In this document: positions 8,204 to 17,211 of the stretch, in pieces
Layout of the letters: the number at the start of each line of letters is the position of its first letter
Position numbering within the stretch: position 1 is the stretch's first letter
Assembly: GCA_049599895.1 (NCBI GenBank)
Contig: JBMYPC010000056.1
Location: 1-19,212, forward strand
Reading direction: 5' to 3'
Origin: Bacteriovoracaceae bacterium
GTDB taxonomy: Bacteria > Bdellovibrionota > Bacteriovoracia > Bacteriovoracales > Bacteriovoracaceae
DNA length: 19,212 nucleotides
Made by a program: the position numbers and the translations under genes
The notes under the pieces: model-generated
The model's database searches: none
Told to the model about the DNA's origin: nothing
What the model saw: only the letters and a program-made list of their open reading frames with translations

Positions 8204-9076
8204 ATGGCAAATATTAAAGATTTAAAAAAGAAGATTAAGACTACGAAAAGTACTCTTAAGATTACAACAGCGATGAAGCTTGTTTCCGCTGCGAAGATGG
8301 CCAAGGCCCAAGCAGCGATCGTTGGAACAAGACCATACGCCAATGAGCTTGAAGATTCGATTAAAACGATTTCAGCTCTTGCCCGTAATTATTCTCATTC
8401 TTTTTTAGAAAGTAATGATTCTGATAAAACAGTGGTTCTTGTCATCTCTGCAAATAAAGGTCTTTGTGGTGGGTATAACTCACAGCTCGCAAAGAAAGTT
8501 CTTACTGATCTTGGTTCAGTTGATCACCTTGAAAACTATGAATTTCATTTCATTGGGAAAAAGGTGAAAGACGCTCTTAAATCAACAGAGATCCAAGGTG
8601 ATCTTGTTGAATTTGAAAAGAACGAACCAACTTATGAAGAAATCAATAAAATTGCAGTTGAGCTCAGCGAGCGATTCTTAAATGGTGAAGTTGGAAAAGT
8701 CTTAGTGGCTTATAACATTTTCAACTCAGCCATTAGTTTCACTCCAACCATTAAACAAGTTCTTCCCTTAAGCCTTGATCAAAGTGCTGCTGAAGAACTT
8801 AAAGAAAAACATCCATTTGATTTTAAATATGATCCAAGTGCAAGTGAGATTCTCGATACATTAATTCCTGAAACTTACTCAACTTCGATCTATACAAGTG
8901 TTCTCGATGCTGCGGCAGCTGAGCACGGGTCAAGAATGACAGCAATGGATAATGCTGTTGGAAATTGTAAGGACGCGATTCGTTCATTAACATTACAAAT
9001 GAACAAGGCAAGACAGGCAGCGATTACAACTGAGCTTATTGAAGTTGTATCTGGTGCTGAGTCTCTTAACGGTTAG
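8204..9076 (+). CDS. atpG: ATP synthase F1 subunit gamma
   Basis: KITTAMKLVSAAK, NKGLCGGYN, EHGSRMTAMDNA and NKARQAAITTELIEVVSGA. Confidence 0.99.
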   Translation: MANIKDLKKKIKTTKSTLKITTAMKLVSAAKMAKAQAAIVGTRPYANELEDSIKTISALARNYSHSFLESNDSDKTVVLVISANKGLCGGYNSQLAKKVLTDLGSVDHLENYEFHFIGKKVKDALKSTEIQGDLVEFEKNEPTYEEINKIAVELSERFLNGEVGKVLVAYNIFNSAISFTPTIKQVLPLSLDQSAAEELKEKHPFDFKYDPSASEILDTLIPETYSTSIYTSVLDAAAAEHGSRMTAMDNAVGNCKDAIRSLTLQMNKARQAAITTELIEVVSGAESLNG

Positions 9077-9081
9077 TAGAG

Positions 9082-9138
9082 CGAAACCGGTTTGAGGTTT
9101 CGGCGTCGCAGACGACCAGCAAGCGTCAGCGCGCGGCC
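9082..9138 (+). repeat. Structured GC-rich dispersed element, copy A (atpG-atpD spacer)
   Basis: Hairpin CGAAACC-N7-GGTTTCG(9082-9102) leads into core GGCGTCGCAGACGACCAGCAAGCGTCAGCGCGCGGCC(9102-9138), which is 30/37 identical without gaps to the reverse complement of 16756-16792. Confidence 0.8.
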
Positions 9139-9204
9139 GATGAGAAGATTAGTTAAGAAAGTTTGCTGAATATATTTGAATTAGGAATTAAGTCGATAGA
9201 CTAA

Positions 9205-10635
<1,431 letters not shown>

Positions 10636-10663
10636 GATAGCTTTCGGCTAAAAAGGTTTCTAA

Positions 10664-11077
10664 ATGAACTTTTATACAGTTGATATTTTAACCCCCTCAA
10701 AAGTTGTTGCTAAAGATGTTCCAGCTGAAGCACTTTTAGTTCCAACCGTAAGGGGACAAATTAATGTTCTTGCGAATCATACTCACATTGTTTCAAAGCT
10801 TGAAACAGGTGTTGTGAGTGTCTTTGGTGGAGCAGACGATCCTGACCGTTACTTTTCTGTAACGGCTGGAGTTTGTAAGGTCTTAAATGACAAAATTACA
10901 ATTCTAGCTAAAACGAGTGAAGAGTCGCATGAGATCAATCTTGAAAGAGCCAAAGAAGCTCTTGCCAATGCTGAGCAAATGCTTGATCAGCATCTTAAAG
11001 ACGATGAGTATACTAAGTACGTTCGTAAGAAAGAAAGAGCACAGCTTAGAATTCAGCTTTGTGAATTCAAAGGCTGA
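10664..11077 (+). CDS. atpC: ATP synthase F1 subunit epsilon
   Basis: VDILTP, PTVRGQINVLANH..VSKLETG and C-terminal helices INLERAKEA..ERAQLRI; follows beta. Confidence 0.96.
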   Translation: MNFYTVDILTPSKVVAKDVPAEALLVPTVRGQINVLANHTHIVSKLETGVVSVFGGADDPDRYFSVTAGVCKVLNDKITILAKTSEESHEINLERAKEALANAEQMLDQHLKDDEYTKYVRKKERAQLRIQLCEFKG

Positions 11078-11146
11078 GTACTCAAAAAGTGCCAGGTACT
11101 TTTAAGATTTTTCGCAAATCTTACATCTGGCGAGTGTTGAGTACTC
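11076..11146. terminator. 71-nt hairpin at the end of the atp operon (terminator/stabiliser or REP-like element)
   Basis: GAGTACTCAA(11076-85)/TTGAGTACTC(11137-46), GCCAG(11091-95)/CTGGC(11127-31), TAAGATTT(11103-10)/AAATCTTA(11116-23), loop TTCGC; followed by GTTTATT. Confidence 0.6.
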
Positions 11147-11227
11147 GTTTATTCAAGTTTAAAGAGATCTCTATTCTTAACTAAATCACTAGGTTGAAAC
11201 CTACAAGAATCCTGTCAAAATATTACT

Positions 11228-13576
11228 ATGTTCAGGACTTTATGGTTGCTAGCAATAGTTGGCTGCACATTTCATTCAACACCATTAAAAGCCCCAAAGA
11301 TTTTATTCTTTGGCGATACGATTATTTCTGAAAGCTTAAGTCTTGAAACTGGAAAGAAGATTGTTAAAAGCTTCTTTAATAAGTTTGAATCAACATTACA
11401 CTCCCCAAGTATTATTGATGATGAAGCTAGTGAAATAGAAGTCACTTTATCAAATACTGTTTCGAGTATTGAAACTAAAAAAATTCTTGTTGGAAATGAA
11501 AGGCAAATTAAAGAAGTAAAGCTTAGAGAAGTTCCAAAGAGCAAAACTAAAAAAAGAAGCTTTAAAAATTTTAAATCAAGTTATAAAGAGATTGCTCAGT
11601 ACTGGCCAACTCAAAATGAAAATCCTCTCGCTAAGAGTGCTATCCAAATTAACTTTCAAAAGCTCAAGATCGCAAAACCCGTAAGAGTCGCTAAAAATAC
11701 TAATAAGGCAATTGAAGACAGCTTTAAAAAGCTAGAGGCCTTAAGCAAAGTGGTTGATGTAAAAGTCATTAAAGAAGATGAGATGAAAGCTCTTCCTTTT
11801 GAAGAGCAATTAGTGAATGCTGGACCTCAAAGAAGAGACATCAGTCTTTCAAATTCAGAAGTCTTAGAAATTCAAAACCTTGCTTATAAAAAGTTATCAG
11901 TGCCGAATATCCAATTGCTTGCTTCGCTCATTGATATGAATGAGTTCAAAACAAGATTAATGGCATATAAAGATAGCCCTGCCCCAATTAAGCCTGATCA
12001 GAAACTCATTGATCAAAGCCTGGCTGCTATTGAACCTCAAAAAGGGAAAGAGGTGGTTAAAAATGGTGAGGCCCTTGTTGAAGATGAGATTACAGTTAAA
12101 AAATCAGCAGTTCAAAAAAATGATAATCCCGATAAGAAAATTGGGAAGACATCTTTAATTCACCGTCTTGCAAGCAATCCAGTAAAGCCTATTCCTAAAA
12201 AAGAGCCGGTCATTGGTAGTGATGAGATGGTGTTTTTTGATGTTGAAAAACCAAGCAAGAGTAAAGTCGAGGAGATGGTTGAAAAGGCTTCGATTATTTC
12301 TTCTGCCGTGGAACAGGCTATTCAAAGAGAAATGAAAACTAATCCGGTGATTGCTTACAATAATGCTAGTCCAGCGGCAATGATGAAATTATTTGCAAAG
12401 CAATCTGATAATGAAACAGTTCTTAATAAGAGGGATAACGGTAAAACGAATTTAAAGATTACTCCAAGAGTGATTAACATCTCTAATGGTTCAAATTCTG
12501 ATCTTCGAAATTTTGATGTTCAATCTCTTTATAATAGTAATGAGATTTTTACTGATGATGGAACAGGTCGAATTCAAGCATCATTTAAGCTTAATAATAT
12601 TAACAGTACTTACTCAGGTGTTCTTCTTCAAAGAGACGTGGTGAGAACAAGATTTAATGTTCCACTTGGTGAAGAAGTGAATGAATTTGAAATACCAGTT
12701 CTTTCTGTTGATGGTTTTAGAAGTTTCTTTGAAAAGAACCCTATAAGTAGTTGGGGTGGTTTTCTTTTTGTTCATCTTGATGATGGAGTTGAATCAATTG
12801 ATATTGATAATGACTACGCTGAAGTTTTTTATTTTGATTCAAATTATAAACAAGTTAAAGAATCTGAGCGCTATGATTATATACTTTTTGCTGGAGTTCG
12901 TTCTGGAAATACGGTTCTTCGTTCTTTAGGTCGAAGTGGAGAAATTTCTGAACAAATTATATTTATTTCATTGGATGAAGTGAGTTTTGCTGTGACTGAG
13001 ACAAAAGCATCGAACAAGGTGAAGCTTGAACTCTATGAAGAAGGTTCACTTGGTAAAACCTCAGCTCTTAATCTTGATGAGGACAGTCTTGGGTATTTTA
13101 ATCTGAAAACCGATGTTAAGAAGCTAGGTCTGAATACATTTGAAGTTGAAGTCCCTCAAAAAAGTTTAACAATGAAGCCATATTTTGAAGTCAAAACCGA
13201 TTCGGATTTCTTCATCGTCGGTCAAAACGGAAATGGAAAAATCACTCTTCCAAGTATGGATAATCTAAACCTTGTTCTTGATAACGTGAACCTTAGAGAA
13301 ATGAACGGCAGTTGTATTGTTCAAGGAAATTCTGAAAAACCAATTGAAGCTATTGAGTTTGAAGGCCATGTGGATAAAGGCTCGATGCCAACAGAAATAT
13401 TCTATCTCAATGATAAAGGCGAATTTAATAGTGATGTTGATGGAGTTGTGACTCGCTTTTATGTGCTTGGAAGCTATCAAGGAACACTTTATTTGAAAGT
13501 AACCTACACAGACAATTCAGTTGATCTTATTCGAAGTTATTGCTCTTCAGGCACTTATTTGATCGAAAACCTGTAA
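11228..13576 (+). CDS. Hypothetical exported protein, possibly a lipoprotein, with a charged N-terminal half and a beta-rich C-terminal half
   Basis: 782-aa ORF with codon usage like its neighbours and a hydrophobic N-terminus ending IVGC (Cys13). No family motif was recognised. Confidence 0.75.
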   Translation: MFRTLWLLAIVGCTFHSTPLKAPKILFFGDTIISESLSLETGKKIVKSFFNKFESTLHSPSIIDDEASEIEVTLSNTVSSIETKKILVGNERQIKEVKLREVPKSKTKKRSFKNFKSSYKEIAQYWPTQNENPLAKSAIQINFQKLKIAKPVRVAKNTNKAIEDSFKKLEALSKVVDVKVIKEDEMKALPFEEQLVNAGPQRRDISLSNSEVLEIQNLAYKKLSVPNIQLLASLIDMNEFKTRLMAYKDSPAPIKPDQKLIDQSLAAIEPQKGKEVVKNGEALVEDEITVKKSAVQKNDNPDKKIGKTSLIHRLASNPVKPIPKKEPVIGSDEMVFFDVEKPSKSKVEEMVEKASIISSAVEQAIQREMKTNPVIAYNNASPAAMMKLFAKQSDNETVLNKRDNGKTNLKITPRVINISNGSNSDLRNFDVQSLYNSNEIFTDDGTGRIQASFKLNNINSTYSGVLLQRDVVRTRFNVPLGEEVNEFEIPVLSVDGFRSFFEKNPISSWGGFLFVHLDDGVESIDIDNDYAEVFYFDSNYKQVKESERYDYILFAGVRSGNTVLRSLGRSGEISEQIIFISLDEVSFAVTETKASNKVKLELYEEGSLGKTSALNLDEDSLGYFNLKTDVKKLGLNTFEVEVPQKSLTMKPYFEVKTDSDFFIVGQNGNGKITLPSMDNLNLVLDNVNLREMNGSCIVQGNSEKPIEAIEFEGHVDKGSMPTEIFYLNDKGEFNSDVDGVVTRFYVLGSYQGTLYLKVTYTDNSVDLIRSYCSSGTYLIENL

Positions 13577-13637
13577 TTTTTTCAGATGACTCTACAATTT
13601 CTATAGATATAAATGTTTCTAATGCAATTACGTTTTG

Positions 13638-13660
13638 AAAGAACTTTAATATAGTTCTTT
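13638..13660. promoter_or_regulatory. Inverted repeat (operator-like or weak terminator) just upstream of the protease start
   Basis: AAAGAACT(13638-45)-N7-AGTTCTTT(13653-60), overlapping a -10-like TATAGT(13650-55). Confidence 0.4.
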
Positions 13661-13662
13661 TA

Positions 13663-15480
13663 ATGAAAGCTATTACACGTCTGGCTTCGCTGGCTTTATT
13701 TATTCTTTTAGTTGGTTGTTCTGAAAGATCTCTTGAAATGAATCTCTATAAATCTCATGCTCTTCATGGAGAAGATGAGTCGATTGAAATTTTAAGTAAC
13801 AATGAAGATATTGTTCCAAATAAGATTACAGATGCTGTCGCAATGATTATTGATAAAGGCAATGTTGAAATATATGAAAACTATGCGATTGTTAAACCTT
13901 CTCAAAAACTAGAAAATCTAGATTGGAGCGAGAAACTAAAAAACAAGTATGACTATGGATATTGTACATCATTTAAGACAGCGTCAAATCTTATCACTAC
14001 GGCCAGTCATTGTGTGAGTAGTGGCGATAACAAAAAAGAAATAAAAAAAGATGCAAAAGACTTTTGTGAAGAAAACTATTTTATCTTTGGTTTTAATTCA
14101 AGAAACATTGAAGTTTTAGAAGATGGCAAGGCAAAAGTTTCGCTCGCAAGAGTTCAAGAATGTGATGAGGTTCTTTTTATCAATGAAGCCTCCAATGAAG
14201 ACTTTGCAATTATTCAGGCTTCAAATTTAGGAGGTATTCCAGATCTAAAGTTTTCAGCTACGATCCCTGAGATTGGCGATAGAATTTACAAAGTTGGTCA
14301 CAGTTATGGAACAATCCAAAGGTTCTCAGAGGGTAAAGTTTCAGTGCCAGCTACTGATAACAGCCGAAAAACAGAGGGACGGCCACTACTTGCGACAAAC
14401 CTTGATACCTTAGCGGGTGATTCAGGGTCACCGGTATTAAATTCTGATAATGAAGTTGTTGGAATCCATATCAATGTTTCAGCCTATTCATATTCACAGA
14501 AGTTAAAGCTTCATAAGGAGGATGGCTCTGTCGTTGAGTTTTTTCCAAAGCTAAATGATCAAAGAGGCCACAACAATCTATTGCGCACTGATGTTTTAGT
14601 TAGGCCAATTCATCGCTCGCTTGAAAATAGTAATTTTTTTGAAAGCTATTCCTCTGAAAATTTGATGAATGTTTTACGTATGGGAACTCCAAGTGATTTT
14701 TCTGTTCTGTATAGCTTAGACGTTGCTATTAATTATTTAAGTATTATTTATAGGAATGATAGTTTTAATGCTAGGCAATTCATTCAAAGACTTGATGGTA
14801 AAACTCTCGAGAGAGTTTATTTAGATTTACTTTGGTTGGGAGATATTGATTCAATTATAAATTTCGAAACTGAGTTTCTAAATTTTGAAGAATTGTCTGT
14901 GTCAAAAAAGGTCTACGCAATATCAAGTGGTCTAAATGAGGAAGTGGAAAAGCATCTACTGAGCCGACTTACGACTTTTGAGAAGCTTCAACTTTTTTGG
15001 TACTCACAAGAATTTAAAATCTATACTGCATTTGAAAGAATCCTTGCTAACGATCATGAGCTTGCGAATTATTCAACGATTAGCAGAAAGGCATTAAAAG
15101 AAAAAGTTTACAATACGATATTTAATATCGGTCAATTTGGGCTAGTCAAAGATGGGTTATTTAAGACTACTGCTCTTAGCAATATTGAGCTTAAGATATA
15201 TTTTAAAGTCGTTCATGCTGATATAATCAGTGAGGATGAAAATGGAATCCTTTTTTCTAGAGAAGTGTTTTCACCAAAGAAGCTAAGATTAAAATATAAA
15301 TCGAAAGAGGGTATAAGAAAAGTTGTTTACAAGTCTGAAAAAGATATCGTGAGAGCGTTATTCAGTTGGGGTGTTGATCTTAAATATACTCCATCGCCTT
15401 CTATTTTTGAAACAATTGTGAGCACGGAAGCATTTATCGTCGATATTTCTGATTCGATTTTTACAGATCTAAGTTTCTAA
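13663..15480 (+). CDS. Lipoprotein trypsin-like (clan PA/S1) serine protease with unknown C-terminal domain
   Basis: Lipobox LVGC (Cys19); catalytic triad motifs TTASHC, EDFAII and AGDSGSPV..VVGIH; about 300 further residues without a recognised motif. Confidence 0.88.
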   Translation: MKAITRLASLALFILLVGCSERSLEMNLYKSHALHGEDESIEILSNNEDIVPNKITDAVAMIIDKGNVEIYENYAIVKPSQKLENLDWSEKLKNKYDYGYCTSFKTASNLITTASHCVSSGDNKKEIKKDAKDFCEENYFIFGFNSRNIEVLEDGKAKVSLARVQECDEVLFINEASNEDFAIIQASNLGGIPDLKFSATIPEIGDRIYKVGHSYGTIQRFSEGKVSVPATDNSRKTEGRPLLATNLDTLAGDSGSPVLNSDNEVVGIHINVSAYSYSQKLKLHKEDGSVVEFFPKLNDQRGHNNLLRTDVLVRPIHRSLENSNFFESYSSENLMNVLRMGTPSDFSVLYSLDVAINYLSIIYRNDSFNARQFIQRLDGKTLERVYLDLLWLGDIDSIINFETEFLNFEELSVSKKVYAISSGLNEEVEKHLLSRLTTFEKLQLFWYSQEFKIYTAFERILANDHELANYSTISRKALKEKVYNTIFNIGQFGLVKDGLFKTTALSNIELKIYFKVVHADIISEDENGILFSREVFSPKKLRLKYKSKEGIRKVVYKSEKDIVRALFSWGVDLKYTPSPSIFETIVSTEAFIVDISDSIFTDLSF

Positions 15481-16630
15481 AAATGCTTAAGGTTCTTCGG
15501 TATCCATATGAAACAAGTTCCGCACTCTTCTGCGGATGAAGAGAAAAACTATTTCTTAAAAAGACTCGATAGTTTGAATGGGTGGGGTATATATCAATAA
15601 GTTTAACGTTTGATTTATAGTTAAGCTTATTTTCAACGATATTAATTAATTTCTTTCTATGCTCTTCATCGAATTTATTTTCTTTGCAGTAAATATTAAT
15701 AGTATCGATGAGGTCTTTAGTTTGAAGAATTCGCGATCTTGAGGATTGAATCTTTCTTTCAATCATTAAATAGATTGCTTGGACACAAATTGCAGGAAGT
15801 CCGTAATGAATCAAACTGCCGATTTCATCATGAAAGTGATAAGGCGTGTGAGTCCATGAGCTAATAATATAGTCGCACTGATTATCAATTGCCACGTGAG
15901 TTGAAAGTGTATCTCTAATTTCACCATCAAAATAATAATCAATTTTTCCATTATCAGGATTCTTAATCGGATATGGCGAATAAAATGGTGGAACCGCAGT
16001 TGAAGCTGCAATGGCATCAGACATGCTTACGCCTGTTACATATTTCACCGTGGGATCAAGATTAAATGAGGGAAGAACATATTTTCCAAAGACTGATTTT
16101 TGAGAATGATCCAATTGGCTGGCGACAATAAAAAGATCTGCTTCGAATGATTTAAAGTCAGTATCTGATAAAATATTTTTTTCTATGTAATCGTGAAGGC
16201 CCTTTGTGGAGAAAAAACCAGCAAACTTATTAAGGGGCTTTAAAAGCGATTTAATGAGAAAAGGAAAACTCTCAAGTGGATCATAGATATCGGCTTTTGG
16301 AGGTCTCCTAAGGGGAGATTTAAGGCTTAGAATGTCTTTGTAGGTAATGGGGGGAAGTTTTGCATTCTTTCTATCAACATTTGATTCGATGATATCAAGA
16401 GGCCCGTAACCAGCAGCAAAGAGAAGTGAGATAAGACTTCCGGCGCTGGATCCAACATAGGTTGAGATCTCAAGGTCCTTTTTATCTCCAAAATTGTTTT
16501 TAAGATGAAAACCAAGCTCTTCAAGAGCGAGTGCGACCCCAAGATGCCATGCAGCAGCCTTTACGACGCCACCAGACAAAACCAGTGCGCCCTTTTTGTT
16601 TTTGAAACTTGTGAGATCCACCTTACCCAT
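15461..16630 (-). CDS. Patatin-like phospholipase family protein
   Basis: LVLSGGVVKAAAWHLGV (oxyanion loop), YVGSSAGS (nucleophile GxSxG), AIAASTAVPPFYSP and YFDGEI (catalytic Asp). Confidence 0.9.
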   Translation of the reverse strand: MGKVDLTSFKNKKGALVLSGGVVKAAAWHLGVALALEELGFHLKNNFGDKKDLEISTYVGSSAGSLISLLFAAGYGPLDIIESNVDRKNAKLPPITYKDILSLKSPLRRPPKADIYDPLESFPFLIKSLLKPLNKFAGFFSTKGLHDYIEKNILSDTDFKSFEADLFIVASQLDHSQKSVFGKYVLPSFNLDPTVKYVTGVSMSDAIAASTAVPPFYSPYPIKNPDNGKIDYYFDGEIRDTLSTHVAIDNQCDYIISSWTHTPYHFHDEIGSLIHYGLPAICVQAIYLMIERKIQSSRSRILQTKDLIDTINIYCKENKFDEEHRKKLINIVENKLNYKSNVKLIDIYPTHSNYRVFLRNSFSLHPQKSAELVSYGYRRTLSIFRNLDL

Positions 16631-16755
16631 AAAAATAACCTATTAGGGAGTATATACCTTTGGGGATGGATAATTCTAGTTTTTACGATTTAAGGAGGGA
16701 TTGTTGGTGCTTCGGTTGAAAGTTAGGATCAACTTTGACATTAATCACTTCAGAT

Positions 16756-16810
16756 GACCGGGCGCTGACGCTTCCTGGCCACCTGCGGCGCCTCAAGCCA
16801 GCGACTTGAG
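16756..16810 (-). repeat. Structured GC-rich dispersed element, copy B (between the divergent patatin and HTH genes)
   Basis: The minus strand reads CTCAAG-N7-CTTGAG and then core GGCGCCGCAGGTGGCCAGGAAGCGTCAGCGCCCGGTC; 30/37 identical to 9102-9138. Confidence 0.8.
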
Positions 16811-16820
16811 TATCCAAAAA

Positions 16821-16849
16821 TTGAAAAGCTCTCTTAAGTCACATAAACT
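16821..16849 (+). promoter_or_regulatory. Putative sigma70-type promoter for HTH gene-OMP-ligA
   Basis: TTGAAA(16821-26)-N17-TAAACT(16844-49); GGGGG SD-like run before ATG 16879. Confidence 0.5.
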
Positions 16850-16878
16850 ATTATTATTAGAAACAATTTGGGGGCATC

Positions 16879-17211
16879 ATGTCAGAAAATTGGGTATCCT
16901 TAGTTGAATATGTTCATCTAAAGAAAAGTTCCATCTCAACAGTGAGACGAAGAATCCGATCGGGGAAAATTCAGAGTAAACTTATTAAAGGGAAGTATTA
17001 CCTTCTTTTAAAAGATCAAGAAATCGATGCCGTTAGGCTTGAAAGTGAAAAAGAAATTTTAGAACTCAAGCTAGAAAATCATCGATTATTAAATAAGCTC
17101 AGACAAACTGAGCAAGAGAAGAATGACCTTGAAATGTTGATAGCTCTCTATGAAAAACAAAATCTCAAGAATGCCCAACATTCCGGTTTAGAACTGGAGA
17201 CTTTTAGATGA
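16879..17211 (+). CDS. Small DNA-binding protein: MerR/excisionase-like winged HTH plus C-terminal coiled coil
   Basis: WVSLVEYVHLKKSSISTVRRRIRSGKIQSKLIKGKYYL fits the MerR-like/HTH_17 pattern, followed by the heptad-like segment LELKLENHRLLNKLRQTEQEKNDLEMLIALYE. Confidence 0.75.
   Translation: MSENWVSLVEYVHLKKSSISTVRRRIRSGKIQSKLIKGKYYLLLKDQEIDAVRLESEKEILELKLENHRLLNKLRQTEQEKNDLEMLIALYEKQNLKNAQHSGLELETFR

Noticed and set aside
9082..9144. Hammerhead-like words CGAAAC and CCGATGAG around copy A
   Set aside because: The core is CCGATGA rather than CTGANGA, stem II would be 1 bp, and copy B lacks both words.
10638..10650. Small hairpin TAGC-TTTCG-GCTA between atpD and atpC
   Set aside because: A 4-5 bp stem with no U tract on the + strand; too weak to call as a terminator.
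13369..13377. Perfect DnaA box TGTGGATAA
   Set aside because: A single copy inside a CDS, with no cluster or unwinding element, is compatible with chance.
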